Shown piece by piece: positions 12,529 to 25,539 of a stretch of DNA of 64,000 bases. Under the pieces are notes generated by a model, which worked only from the letters and a program-made list of their open reading frames with translations, made no database searches and had not been told where the DNA came from. The DNA is from Macrostomum lignano (Eukaryota): NCBI GenBank assembly GCA_002269645.1, contig NIVC01000825.1, forward strand, positions 124,001-188,000, in the 5' to 3' direction. The position numbers and the translations under genes are program-made. Numbering within the stretch: the first letter of the stretch is position 1; each line of letters opens with the position of its first letter.

Positions 12529-12686
12529 GCGCAACCTTGGGATTCACTCGGCCGTTTCTATTGGCAACACACACACATGTATGTCGCTATTGGACAGAAA
12601 AGTAGTCACGTGACTGCTCTCAGCCAATAGCGACTTACATGTGTGTGTTGCCAATAGAAACGGCCGGGTGATTCCCAAGGTTGCGC
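12529..12686. repeat. ~158 bp imperfect palindrome (foldback or MITE-like)
   Basis: GCGCAACCTTGGGATTCAC...CTATTGG arm and its reverse complement, centred on GTCAC|GTGAC. Confidence 0.8.
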
Positions 12687-15419
12687 ACGTATGTATACAG
12701 TAGCTAGTGGAACCTTTGAAAAAATGTTGCAATTTTTTAATCAGAACAATGTAAAATTGATCTAAGTATAGATGACTTAATTGAAAAGCAATTGCACAAA
12801 TGTAGAATTTTTTCATACAAATATATTGTAATTGATATTTTTAACAAATAAGATTGCATTTGGTTAAAATAACATTTAGTAGGCCTAATACTTCAAAAAT
12901 TTTCAAAGCTCCTCTTATCAAAGCTATAATTTAACACTATATATTTGTAATTTAGTGCCAATTTTTTTCATTAATTGTAGATTTATAGACCAAATTGGTA
13001 GACAAAATGATTTTTCATGAATATTAGCAAACAAAAAAGTAATAGATAACATATAATAGACAAAATTATCACTAACCACCTTGTTGTACCATAGGTTTTA
13101 ACCTACTTTGGCAAAGGAATTTTTAGCAAAAGTCAATAATGGCAAAAAATACTTTTGCAATGACTAATTTATCAAAAGCTAGCTATTTTGGCAAAGGATT
13201 TATTAAGACACATCAGGAAGAAATCCAAAAATTGAGTGTTTTTGTTGTTTTAGAAAAAAAGTTAAAATAAAGACTAACTTTATAGACTGTTTTATTAGGA
13301 CATGTTTTTTATTTTGTGACAATTTTATTATTTTATTAGTAATATGTTGTTTTATTAGGTGTTATTCAATTACAAAGATATTTCAAAATGCTATTTAAGA
13401 ACTGGAACTAAAAGACTATAGGCCCTAGTATATTGTTTTCACCCTAATCTATCAATTGCACTTTGTATGTACATAACAATAACATAGCCACCAGCTAACT
13501 TGTGAGTTTTTCTATTCACAAATTACAAATATGTGCAAATTGCATAGTGGTCAATGAATAATTTATTAAAAGCTACAACCACTAGTAGTATATATTTATA
13601 ATTAAAGGTAGCATATATCTTTTTTACCAAATGAGTCACTTTTTATAGTCAAGCTTCTTAAACCTATTTCTTTTAAGCCATGCACTTTTTTTAGATTTTT
13701 ACTAGGCTAGCCTAATAAATGTAGGCTTAGGCTATAGCATAATGAAAAAGTCATATTTAGTTATATTGTTATTGCTTATAAAAAAAATTTCTATAAATTA
13801 AGTAAACTTACCAAGAGATTTTTTAATCAATGAAATAAAAATCCCATTGTTGTATTTAGCATTAGCAGCATGTTTGGAGAAAAGACTGAGGGTAGACTCA
13901 GACAATGAAAGAAATGTGATAGCATTTAGAACTAGAAATGGAATTATTTTTAATATTCCAATCATCATTAGGCCTACTTGGCGTAATTTTTCTGTGCTTT
14001 ACAGTTATGTATATAGTTTATTTTATCCAAGTAAGTTTGGGCAAAGGAGGCCTTATATTTATTAGGAATTTCTTTTCCATGTGCTAGGAGAGTTAGAGTA
14101 TGTGTAGGCCCCTTTTGAGTTTCAACTTGAATGTTTTTGTGTTCAATAAAAAACTGAATGATTTTATTGTACAATATCTTGAGCAATATCGTTGCTATCA
14201 CTATCTTTTATTACCTTCTTGATTAAGTCAAGCCAATATTCTACCTCAAGCTCAAGGATTTGATGACTTAGGTCTATCTTAAAGGCCCTATAACTTATAA
14301 AAATAAAAATATGGATGACAGTCAATCCTCAAATGGCAGAAGTACCTGCCATCAGTTCGCAATATGAATGATAGCACCGACCGTTAAATCCTATTGACTA
14401 CGTACAGGTTCTATACTATTTTACCGATTGACGTTCACAAGTTCTGTTCCTTGTTTAACTTTAAGTACTGTAACCATAAACTATACTATATTGACTGGAA
14501 CTGCCATGGAACAAAGAATTCTATCGTGTAGTTAAACTAGTGCGTTTCTATTCTAAGAAACTAAAATTGATAAACAAATTTATTTCCCATTATAAATCGT
14601 TTAGATACAGTACGTAAATACAAACATTTAAATATTCAGTTTTTCAGTTTGTAACGCAAGGTTGTAGTCTACTACTGAAAATTGAGTATACGAGTTCTTG
14701 GGGAGAAATCGCAATTGAAAACACTTCAAACTTTGTTCATTTGCATTCATTTCGATTGCATTTATTATGAATTTCGCGAGTGATGCTTAAATATGTATAA
14801 GAAGTATTAGAAAATATCCACCCGTTTATTGATATTTCTTTGGCCGTTTAGAATGACTGCAGAGAACATTCTCTGCTCTCTGCTCTCAATTTGTTTCTGT
14901 CGGCCGAGGTGCAGCCAAAGAAACAAATTATTCAAGTGTTTTGGCCATACCATAGTCCATATGGGGTACATGTATGTAATGTTACGGAAATAAACGGATA
15001 TACATGTATTTTATACTGCTCTTAACATTTTCTCGCTAAATCTCGTAAACTTTATGTCTTTCTTGTAAAATTTAGGCGGCAGGTTTTACGTCGTACCGAA
15101 AATACAATTTTCAACTACTTTTAAATATCGGTTGTACATGTATTTATTGTTTTGGTAGGGGCGTACATGTATGAGGCAAGATCAAGACCAAAATGTTTTT
15201 CTTTTGATACGACACTTGCATTTCTTAGTTTAGCTCTGTACTCTTGATATTGATCGTAGAGCTTTTTGTTTAGAACATAAAACATTTGAAATAGAATTAC
15301 ATCCCAAAACCCAAACATAATACATGTATGTGTATGCACGCGGTATGCACCATAGGTACATAAAACATAAGAGAATTAAGCGTCATGTAAAAATAAAAGA
15401 AGCTTCATGTCAAACGTAC

Positions 15420-15735
15420 TGAGATATCAAGGCTTTGAGTTGAATTGCTGAGAGATGACAAAGGCAATTCCGATTTAGGGTGGAATTAATTGCTGAGATT
15501 TCAAAGCTTACGGAGGAATTGGCTGAGATATCAAAGCTTCGGCGAAATTGCTGAGATCACGTCATGGATACTATATGGGGTGAATTGCTAAGAGATGGCA
15601 AGGCTTGGGGGGTTGCAGTTGCAGATCGAGATGTCAAAGAGGATTACGGGGGATTGCTGAGAGATGGCAAAGGCTTTGGGGGGATTGCTGAGATGTCAAG
15701 GGCTTACTGGGGGAATCGCTGCGAGATGTAAAGGC
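15420..15735. repeat. Degenerate tandem repeat (ATTGCTGAGAGATGGCAAAGG-like)
   Basis: Several diverged copies of gctgagat...caaagg/c. Confidence 0.6.
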
Positions 15736-17841
15736 AAGATTCACATAAATATAAATTTCCGTCCCAATTGCTCATTGCATGGACGCCGCAAAAAAGGAGG
15801 GCACTGATATATTCCTGCACGGTCACGAGTGCGGGAATGACATCTGCACGAGTGCGCGCTAGCGCACGAGTGCACGATGTCCTTCACGCACGAGTGAACG
15901 TGAAGGAATTCCATTGTCGGATGATTCATCGTGCAGGAATGCACAAAACCGTGCAGGAATGCATTTCTGCGCCTAATGCTTTTTCAGTGAGATTTTACCA
16001 TAGACATCCATTCCTGCACGCAAAAGAGTGCAAGAATGCCATTCTTGCATGGGAAATCAGCCGACAATGCAGATTAAAGAGATTGTAAAAAAGTTTTTAT
16101 ATTCTATGGTTAACATTGTGCCAAAAAATATTGAAATGACAGAAGCTCGAGTCATACTGGTTGTATTCATCTTTTTAATCATACTTCCCTAACTTGTACT
16201 TGAGTAGTCCTCGGCTCATACTTTAGCATGTACACATGTAATTTTTATTCTTTAGTAAAACTAAATTTCATCGAACTACTCACAGTAGTAAATTTGAGCA
16301 TGCATACCCCTATGTGTACAAGTTGTAAAATAAAAAAGTTACCGAGACTTGTTTACGTTTACACATTCGTTTATTTGCTTGTTGTATGAAAATAAGTAAA
16401 TAGTAAAAAATCAATGAAGAAAGCGAATGTCGAGTTTTTACAAAATGGAAATAATTTCTTTATATAGAAATTAGATTAATTCAATGGGAAAGAGATGACA
16501 TGTACCTATAGATCAGCAGGTGTAGTATTAAATTAAAGATTTAATTTAAATCCTGGTAGGGCATATGGAATTAAGCAAAAGCATCAACACGTATTTAGCA
16601 TTACAGGTATAAGTAAGGCGCAGAATGATAAATGAAAGTTTTAAATTACTTTGTATTTCGACTGTTTAGTGCTGAGCTTAAAGTTTTAAGCTTTTTGGTT
16701 TTACAGATACGGAAGCTACAAGTAGCCGAAGTAAAATGATTTGAATTATTAGTAAATTAATATAGTGTATCAAGAGTAACAAAAAATCATTACACAATTT
16801 CGAAATTAGAAAGATGCGACTAAAAGCCCTACTTTTTCACTACAGCTGACTAAATTAATTGTAGCAAAGATGTGTAATATTTTACGCGATTACAACAATC
16901 AAATAGTGCAAACAATCACCATAGTGAGAAAAATCGTCACAAAATCTCCCCTCCCGACCCAATCGCCAGTGTATTCAGTTTAGGCGTCAACAAAAAACAA
17001 GCAATATTCCATGCTTCACTATAATTGTGAACGCATCAATCTCAGCTTCGATTTAGATTTAGCAGATGTGCATCTCAACGAAGACCTCGCGTGACTTGAA
17101 GACACCCCAGGCGTTGTTCTTCGTAGCCTCAATCTCCGACTCGATGGCGACCTCCATGGGACTGTCGGCGCTGTAGCCGGAGTCCACGGAAGCATCCGAC
17201 TGTCGCCGTTTGCGCTTCTCCTTCTGCTGGTAGTATGGCGACGTGTGCGGCTCCTGCAGCTTAGGGATCTCGACCATCTGGGGAACGCTAACGCAAGCCA
17301 TTAGTGTTGAACGTTGAGAAACTGTGATAATACAAGTGCTAACGCCTGAAGCCTGAATCGGGAGGGGAGTAATTTGTGCGAATTTCAATCGTCAGGAACC
17401 ACAGAACTTAGCTCGGGAGCACCTTCGCTTCTTTACTTGACTTGAAGAATTGTAAGCAAGAACAGAGAATTCGTAGTTGGTTGTCAGTTGACAGAAAATC
17501 ACTGTGCGCATTCACAGTCTGCTGAGATAGGAAAAAGAAAAAGGGGCTTAGATTAGCGATATCTTTGAACCACAGTTTTATATGCAAAAGCAATCGAAAA
17601 GGAGTGGCCAGGGTGAACGAAGCCCTGCCCTAGCAGTCCAAAAGTTCGCAAAATGTACATCCACAGTAGAGCTTGTACGTTAACTGCATAGGAATAGGGC
17701 ATACAGTACATTAGTCCTTGTAAAGAATTGTAAGTGGAAAAAGTTCGACCCCTGCTTGCATGGGTAAACTGCATGACGAAGTCCAAGGTCGATGCACGCT
17801 TCTTTAGGATTTTATAGTACGCGTGATCCGACGTAGGCAAC

Positions 17842-17861
17842 GCCTCCGTGGCGCAATAGGC

Positions 17862-17898
<37 letters not shown>

Positions 17899-17915
17899 GA
17901 GCCCACCCGGGGGCG
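17842..17915 (+). tRNA. tRNA-Asn (GTT)
   Basis: Acceptor stem GCCTCCG/CGGGGGC, A-box TGGCGCAATAGG, anticodon loop CTGTTAA, B-box GGTTCGAGCCC, T5 terminator 6 nt downstream. Confidence 0.95.
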
Positions 17916-19113
17916 TTCACTTTTTGACTGATAATTTCTTTAGACTTACGCTTTTTATGCTAATTGTTATAGTTACACATACGCTTAAGAACCAGCTTCA
18001 AATTTACAGAAAGCACCAACTGTTTTTACTCTGTGATATGTTATGTGTAGACAGAGACCGATATGTGTAGAAAGTTATTTTCTCCGTTCCAATAAATGAG
18101 AAAAGATAAAGTATGCCACTAGTATGCAGATAGAAGTTTTACCTTTTCAGACGTTTTTATTTCAAAAAATTACAAAATAATGCTCCTGATTTTTAATGTA
18201 TGATAATTGGTAATAAAATAAATCTTTGTTTCATCTAAATCTACAAAAACGTTAGAAAGGTTTTGAGCCCCATTTTTTTTAATATTCTAAAGCAAACTAC
18301 TGTAAGTAGACTTACTACCTTGTTTCATTTTATCGGAAACGAAAAAAATGGTGGTGCAAGCCATTTGAAATGCGCCGGATCACGCGGAGATAAAAGAATT
18401 GGAACTTGTATTCTGTCTGTATAAAATATAATTGCTTTAATAGCTAATTAATTAATATATAAATAAATCAAAGCTATATACGAAAGCTATATATGTGAAA
18501 GAAAAAAAGATTTGTTCGCTTTCCTGAGTTTAACTAAAAGCTTCCATCTCACCCTGCCTTGCCCATTTGATTCTGGCTGAGGGAGGCCATTTAGAGGCAA
18601 ATGGTCTTAAATTTATTGATTATTGATTATTGATTGATTGGACAGCAAGAACATAATGCTATATTCTCAGCCTCTCAGCTGCTAGCAGTCAGTCTGGAAC
18701 AGAGGTTTTCAAGCGCTCCGAATTTGATGTTTTTCTTGTCAATTAAAATTTCAACTAAAGAATCATCGGTGAGTTGCAAGAGCAGTGATCTGATTGTTCA
18801 AAGAATTGTATCATACTTTTTTAGCATTCGAATATCGACACAATTTTATGATTTTAATGCAAGTCAGTACAAGATAGGTCACTTAGATTAATTAAAAAGT
18901 TATTTTGCACCACAATGCTACGCGTGCTTGGTCATTCGTGACTGAGTATGCTTCAAAATGTATGCTTCACTCATCAACATGTAATTTATTGAGTTTATTA
19001 TTGCAGATTGAACGCATTGAAATAACCATTAAAGAATCAAGCTTATTAAACCGAGGAAAATTAATACTCTAGACATTTTAGTACAGAAAATTTGGGTGAT
19101 TAATGCTTTAAAC

Positions 19114-19519
19114 CAAGGGCGTCGCGCGCCATGGATTTTATGGTGGGGTGGGGAACAAAAAAGCCAAGCATTTTACATGTACATGACTAAATTCCTACAT
19201 GCACATTATTTTGAGAGTCAGTGTTGTCAGCGCTCATTTTAGCAACGCAGGCGCTCATTTTAGCGTCGCAGGTGCTCATTTCGGCGCTGCAGACACTCAT
19301 TTTGTCGCTGCAGGCACTCATTTTGGCGCCACAAGCACTTATTTTAGCGCCGCATGTGCTATATTTTGTCGCCCTAAAACAAAATTATTGATTTCCACAA
19401 CGGGTCACAGGGTACGTGGGGTGGGGGGGGACAAAGCATTGGTATATCCCTAATAGCTTTTACTGGGGGGGCATGTTCCCCAGCTGTTCCCCCTGTCCCC
19501 CCGGGTGCCGATGCCCCTG
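19114..19519. mobile_element. Putative hAT-like MITE, diverged
   Basis: Termini CAAGGGCGTCG / CGATGCCCCTG match at 9/11 as inverted repeats; flanks CTTTAAAC / TTTTAAGC match at 6/8 as an 8-bp TSD. Confidence 0.45.
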
Positions 19520-19599
19520 TTTTAAGCGTTTGAGAAATATGAAACCGTTACAAGACACAAAAGTACGAGTATAGTGCGGCTAGAATCGCTTAATCATCT

Positions 19600-21560
19600 C
19601 AGATGATCGTCTCAGATGTTGTTCCCTTAGTCAGGTGAACTTCAGCCCACTTACTGAACACACCTGCAATTAGTAGTTTCCACTCTTCATGGGTCCTGCG
19701 TAGTCCATGTGAACTCTCGACCAGCACTGGGTCTCGTCTGGCCACGAAGTCCATTGTCAAGTTGTTCCGTGCACCTCGTTTATCTGCTACGAACTGCATC
19801 CTTCTGAGTAGTTTTCGATATGCCGATCTAATTCGGGTCACCATACACATTGTCTAGCTGTGGATTTCATCTTCTCACGTCCGATGTGTCCTTCGTGTCC
19901 TTCGTGCAGCAGTCGCAGAGTTTTGGAACGCTCCAGCTTTGCATGGTACAACCAGCCTAATGCCTCTGTACAGCAATCCGTTCTCAATTACTAACTCTCG
20001 TCCCTGATTTGGCTAAACTGCTGTAGTTGTCGAACTTAACTGAACAGCTTCCAGAGTTTTGAGTCCTCTTTTTGATTGCCTTCTCAAGTTCTCCTTGCTG
20101 ATAGGAACACATCCAGTAGACAGTCCTGAGCTAATATCAACCTTCAGATGTATATTTGCTTAGTCTTAACAGCACGTGGGCTACATGAATCTCAGAGAAT
20201 CTCCAGCACTCAACGACATACTCGTAGCAAATCAGAGTGATTTGCTAGGATCGAAGATAAACTTCAGTGACTAATGGTCCGCGTGGATGATGAATTTCTG
20301 GCCTAGCAAATACTTGTGTAAGTGGTTCTTAGCTGCAGGGCGGTCCGAAGACGCAGCGGGGAGGCGAGCGTCGCCCATTCCGCTATGTGTAAGTGGTTCA
20401 CGGCCTATACGATAGCTAGAGTCTCACGCTCGATGTGAGTATAGTTTCGCTTTGCTTGTGTTAGAGTCTTTGAAATAAATATTGCTGGCCCAGTCTATTG
20501 CTCTAGAACTGCACCAAGTCCAGAGGGTGAAGCATCAGTTGTGAGAATGATTTTGTCGATCGGATGGATCGAAAGGTTTGAGAGCGACTTGCGTTGTACA
20601 GCAGAGCCTCAATGCTTTTAAAAGCTCTCTGCTCGACAGATGTCCATTTCGTCTCTGTCCTGGCCAGTTTCGTCTGAAGTTACTTCAGGCTCGCGAGATT
20701 TTAATACACCGCCAATAAAAATCGACAATTCCAATGAAGGACTGCTACTGCTTAAGTTAGCTCCTCAAGTCCTGCGATCTCATTGGCTTTCTTCGGCGGT
20801 GAGCGAATGTCGTTTTCACTGATCTCGCATCCCAGGAACATGATTGATGGCTTGTCAAATGTGCACTTACAAATGTTAATGCTCAGTTCTTATCCTTTAT
20901 AATTCGAAGAAGTCTTTTGTTATGAATCCGTTAGTTAAAGACCCATGCACACTAAAATATCGTCTTTGTACGATATGTCTTTGCCTTCTGCATTTTAGTA
21001 GCAGTCTGTCCATGAATGACTGAAAAATTTCTAGTGCTTGCTTGACTCCATATGCCAATGCAGCGGGCCTGTACAGGCCGATCCGTTCTTTGCAGGAGTC
21101 AGCACCATCAGAAAGTATACCAGGGCAGCTGAATTATCACAAACCGGGTGTGCCTCCCTAAACGTAAACTAACTGGAAGGAGTGTGCCACGTCAGCATCA
21201 CGCTGCTGTCCTCATCCACCGGTACTTAGACGTACGCACTTGATAAGTCCAATGTAGAGAATCGCCAGGCGCGTAAATTTTTTACCAGTGGGTTGATGGT
21301 AACCTTGTAGTCACCACATCCGGACCTTTCTAGACTGCTTCCGAACACAGACGACGATAGGCCGCTTGCTGGATTCAACCTTCCGGAGCTGTCCAACTAT
21401 TCCATTCTCCTTAACACGGCTTTGATATCGTCCTGAATCCCTATGGAATTTGCCGAGGTTTACAAAAGATGGGTTTTGCTCTGGATTCAATAGCCAATGA
21501 CGCAGAAAAAATTCTCACTAGCACGTTGCTGTCGAGTTAAATTCGTCTTCTTCCGGTACC
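19600..21560 (-). pseudogene. Decayed Ty3/Gypsy (Mag-like) pol: RT-RNaseH-integrase remnants
   Basis: Manual translation gives FSTLDLSSAY, LTTDASPSGLGAVL, YLLGQKFIIHADH, LLHEGH, FSKWAEV, with many stops and frameshifts. Confidence 0.8.
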
Positions 21561-21629
21561 GTGCATTTTGTACGCATTTTGACAGAAATCCAGTCTAGGT
21601 ATCTATATTGGTCTCAATGCCAAGATCTG

Positions 21630-22600
21630 TCACAATAATCTCCCCCTTCCGGATCTGGATATCGAGCAGGCGATCGTCAAGACCTGGTGGACTCCCGTGT
21701 CTCGATTTGCGGCGGTTGCTCATGTGTAGGTGCTGCATTGGCCGCGACTGGCTCGTCCAGCATCGATGCGCTGCCCGCTTCAGGTTCGGCCACGCCCTCT
21801 TCGGATTTTGGGTTGTTACACTTCACCAGGTGACTGGCATGCTACTTCATACCGTCTTAGAGCACGAAGGTGTTCCTGCCAGCCTTCGACATGATGACTA
21901 AGGGGCCCTTCGAGATGACTACGGGGCCCTACAGTCGGGTTGCCAGCTCGTGCGCCCCATGTGGTATAGCCGTCACCACACCCAGTCTCCAGACTTGAGT
22001 GTCGAGTCCCGAGCTCGCATCCGCCTGTTGGTGTCGGCTACGATCTTGGCCTGTCGCTGGCTGGTCTCCTCGTGGAGACCGTCGATCCGAGACTGCCGCG
22101 TTGTTGGTGGCTTCAGTAACTGCAGGCCTGTCCTCAGCTTGCGACCAATCATCAACTCGGCCGGGGTGTGCCCTGTGAGCGCATGCGGACTCGTCCTGTA
22201 GGTCTTCAGCACCAGGTCAATGGCATCCTCAAATTTCATTCCCGCCCAGGTTTGCGGTGAGGCCCTCTTTGAGGTTGCGATTGAATCTCTCAACCCCGCC
22301 CTGTTGCCTTGCTTGTACGAGCTGGTATCAGCTTGACCTGCTGTGCTGGATTCCTTCGATCTGTAGGAAGTCCCAAAAGTCTTAACTCACAAATTGAGGT
22401 CCTTTGTTGCTGACGATCACCCTGGGAACACCTCAGCTGGACAGCTTCCTGCTTCCTGGGCGCCTTGCAGATGCTTGACGATATCACAGTCTCCATAGCT
22501 GCGGTCTCTGGCCATTTGCTGCGCAGGTCATGCACAACCAGCAGGAACAACCGCGGGTCTGCGACAACCTCACCGAAGATCTCATTCAGAATAAATTACT
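21630..22600 (-). pseudogene. Second decayed Gypsy integrase 3' fragment with polypurine tract
   Basis: FGE...VHDLRSKWPE and YRTSPHALTGHTPAELMIGRKLRT; AAGGGGGAG PPT then TGTGAC near 21630. Confidence 0.75.
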
Positions 22601-24062
22601 GACACGTGGTTGCACTTCCAACACTAGATTTCTTTAAAAGATTCAGTACTCTTCAGTTTTGAGAGTCAATTGAAGCCAAGTTTTTACACTGTGGTCAGCA
22701 TGATGGAGTCGATTGAAGATTGCTGAGCATATTTTTACAATACGTGGTCAGAACAACATCAATTAAACGATTATTTAAGGATGGATCGAACGATTTAAGG
22801 ACGTCGGGTAGGGAGCCATCCAGGCCCTGTCGGTCTCAGATGCAAGCCTGACAGTTTGAGAGACCTGTGATCGATTGGATATTTCCAAGCCATCTATCAA
22901 GTCAAAATCGACTTTTCAGAGTTTCATTGGTCGATGTTTAATGTTGTAACACTAGTGTTGACTTGTTCAGGTACTTTTTGATTCGGCGTATGAATGTACC
23001 CGTAAGAACATTTTAATGCCGTTTTCCGAGTTTGGAATTTTTTTACCCTCTTTTTAAAAAGTTCTTTTTAACTGAATAATGTGAAGTCTTTCGGCCAAAA
23101 AAGGTCAACGACAGCTCGAACAGATGATGCTGATGACAGAGCCAAATGTGCCCATCCAAACTCACCATCAGCAAGGAAGCTGATTCAGAAAGCGATTGAA
23201 ACTGTTTAGCCGATGGGTGACTTCATCCAAAAGTCATCAGTTGATGACGATGCTGTAATTCTGACAAGGCATGTTCAACTAGTACGATCTATTATCCCCG
23301 CTATTTTAAGACACCACTTGTAATACTCGTAGCAGAATGCAGCAGAGGATAGGGATTTTTATTCTAATAAAGATTTTAGTAGTGTAACTTATGGATATGT
23401 TTTGGACTACAGTTTCTAGTTAATAGCTGAAGCCCAAACGGAATAAATACTATCATACAACAACTTTGATGTGTTGGCGCCAAAGCATATTCACATAGGG
23501 ATGTAAATTCGGATCAAATAAACAACCGACTGAGTTTATTGACCAACAAATCAGTAGCGACAGCACCAAAAATAGGGGGAGTTCCTACCTAAACAAAAAA
23601 GCATCGGGAAAGAAAGTGACAAATGCAACAGAGGCATTGCACAAAAATGCAAATCTTAGTTAAGAGACGAAAAGCACTCTGAGCCGAGCCTGTGAGTATA
23701 TGGATAGAAAAATAACGACTATGGGACTGGAAAACTTCGACAGGAAAAATATACAAACAAAAGCAGCTAATTGTGGAGGACATCATTCGCTCACACAATT
23801 TACTAGTTGATAAAAGGCGACTTATAAAAAAATTGAACACATTTGAACACAAATTGAACACACAAGCAGCTAAGGTTTTTTTCTATTTTTTTTACTGAAA
23901 AGAAACGAGAACTAGAAACAAAATCCATGTACACAGAGTCTAAAATCACACACAGAATCCACAATTCAGCATACATAATCTCTTTGCCAAGCAGAAATGC
24001 ATTGATTTCCCTAAGTTCCCTAAAAATTCCCCCAAATCGGTACACACGGGATCAAAAGTCTT

Positions 24063-24448
24063 TCAGTTCTTCCTTCGCTTAGGAGACTGTGGCGCGCCAA
24101 AAAGTTTGTCATCTTCAAATCCCTCTTCCCGCCTTCGCTTTCGAGCCTCATCTTGTAGATCCCTAATCGCCAGATCTTCATCCTGCTTTGTGTCCGTGTA
24201 CAGCAGGCACTTGCCGCACTTCTGCGGGCAGCCCTTGTCGCTAGGGTTCTTCGGATGGTTGCAGAAATGCGCATAGGGGTCCTTGGTCAGCAGCGGCTGC
24301 CGGCAGATGTAGCAGAAGTGGGCGCGGCAGCGGCAGGTGATGTGGTTGCAGCCGTCAGTTTTGTAGATTGAGGCGTGGCACTTGTGGCACTCGCGCAGTC
24401 TGGCTCGGGTCATGCGCTCCTCGTAGTCCCTGCGCAGCTTCGTCTCAC
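24063..24448 (-). CDS. RNF216: RNF216/TRIAD3-like RBR E3 ligase, exon 3 (RING2)
   Basis: RECHKC...KTDGCNHITCRCRAHFCYICR...HFCNHP matches the RNF216 RING2 and C-terminus; GCATCGCAG acceptor; phase consistent. Confidence 0.88.
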
Positions 24449-24463
24449 CTGCGATGCGGCGCG

Positions 24464-25435
24464 GGGAATGTGACGTCGGTATAGGGAATGTGACGTCGGT
24501 ATAGGGAATGTGATGCCGGTATAGGGAATGTGACGTCGGTATAGGGAATGTGATGCCGGTATAGGGAATGCGATGCCGGTATAGGGAATGTGATGCCGGT
24601 ATAGGGAATGCGATGCCGGTATAGGGAATGCGATGCCGGTATAGGGAATGCGATGCCGGTATAGGGAATGTGATGCCGGTATAGGGAATGTGATGTCGGT
24701 ATAGGGAATGTGATGCCGGTATAGGGAATGCGATGCCGGTATAGGGAATGCGATGCCGGTATAGGGAATGCGATGCCGGTATAGGGAATGTGATGCCGGT
24801 ATAGGGAATGTGATGTCGGTATAGGGAATGTGATGCCGGTATAGGGAATGCGATGCCGGTATAGGGAATGCGATGCCGGTATAGGGAATGTGATGCCGGT
24901 ATAGGGAATGTGATGTCGGTATAGGGAATGTGATGCCGGTATAGGGAATGTGATGTCGGTATAGGGAATGTGATGCCGGTATAGGGAATGTGATGCCGGT
25001 ATAGGGAATGTGATGTCGGTATAGGGAATGTGATGCCGGTATAGGGAATGTGATGCCGGTATAGGGAATGCGATGCCGGTATAGGGAATGTGATGCCGGT
25101 ATAGGGAATGTGATGTCGGTATAGGGAATGTGATGCCGGTATAGGGAATGTGATGTCGGTATAGGGAATGTGATGCCGGTATAGGGAATGTGATGTCGGT
25201 ATAGGGAATGTGATGCCGGTATAGGGAATGTGATGCCGGTATAGGGAATGTGATGCCGGTATAGGGAATGTGATGTCGGTATAGGGAATGTGATGCCGGT
25301 ATAGGGAATGTGATGCCGGTATAGGGAATGTGATGCCGGTATAGGGAATGTGATGCCGGTATAGGGAATGTGATGCCGGTATAGGGAATGTGATGCCGGT
25401 ATAGGGAATGTGACGTCGGTATAGGGAATGTGATG
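24464..25435. repeat. Intronic minisatellite, 20 bp unit x ~48 (ATAGGGAATGTGATGCCGGT)
   Basis: Fills RNF216 intron 2. Confidence 0.97.
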
Positions 25436-25539
25436 GCTGAAGAGTGTGATGAATGAAGGGGACTGTGATGAATGAAAAACAACAGGATACTGCATAGGGG
25501 AGTGTGAGGCAGTTTGACGAGGGACAAATATGAACTCAC

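Noticed and set aside
22700-23010. Possible mariner remnant (WIERFKD-like peptide; ACTTTTTGA...CCCGTA end)
   Set aside because: Too short and degenerate; no matching left TIR or catalytic domain found
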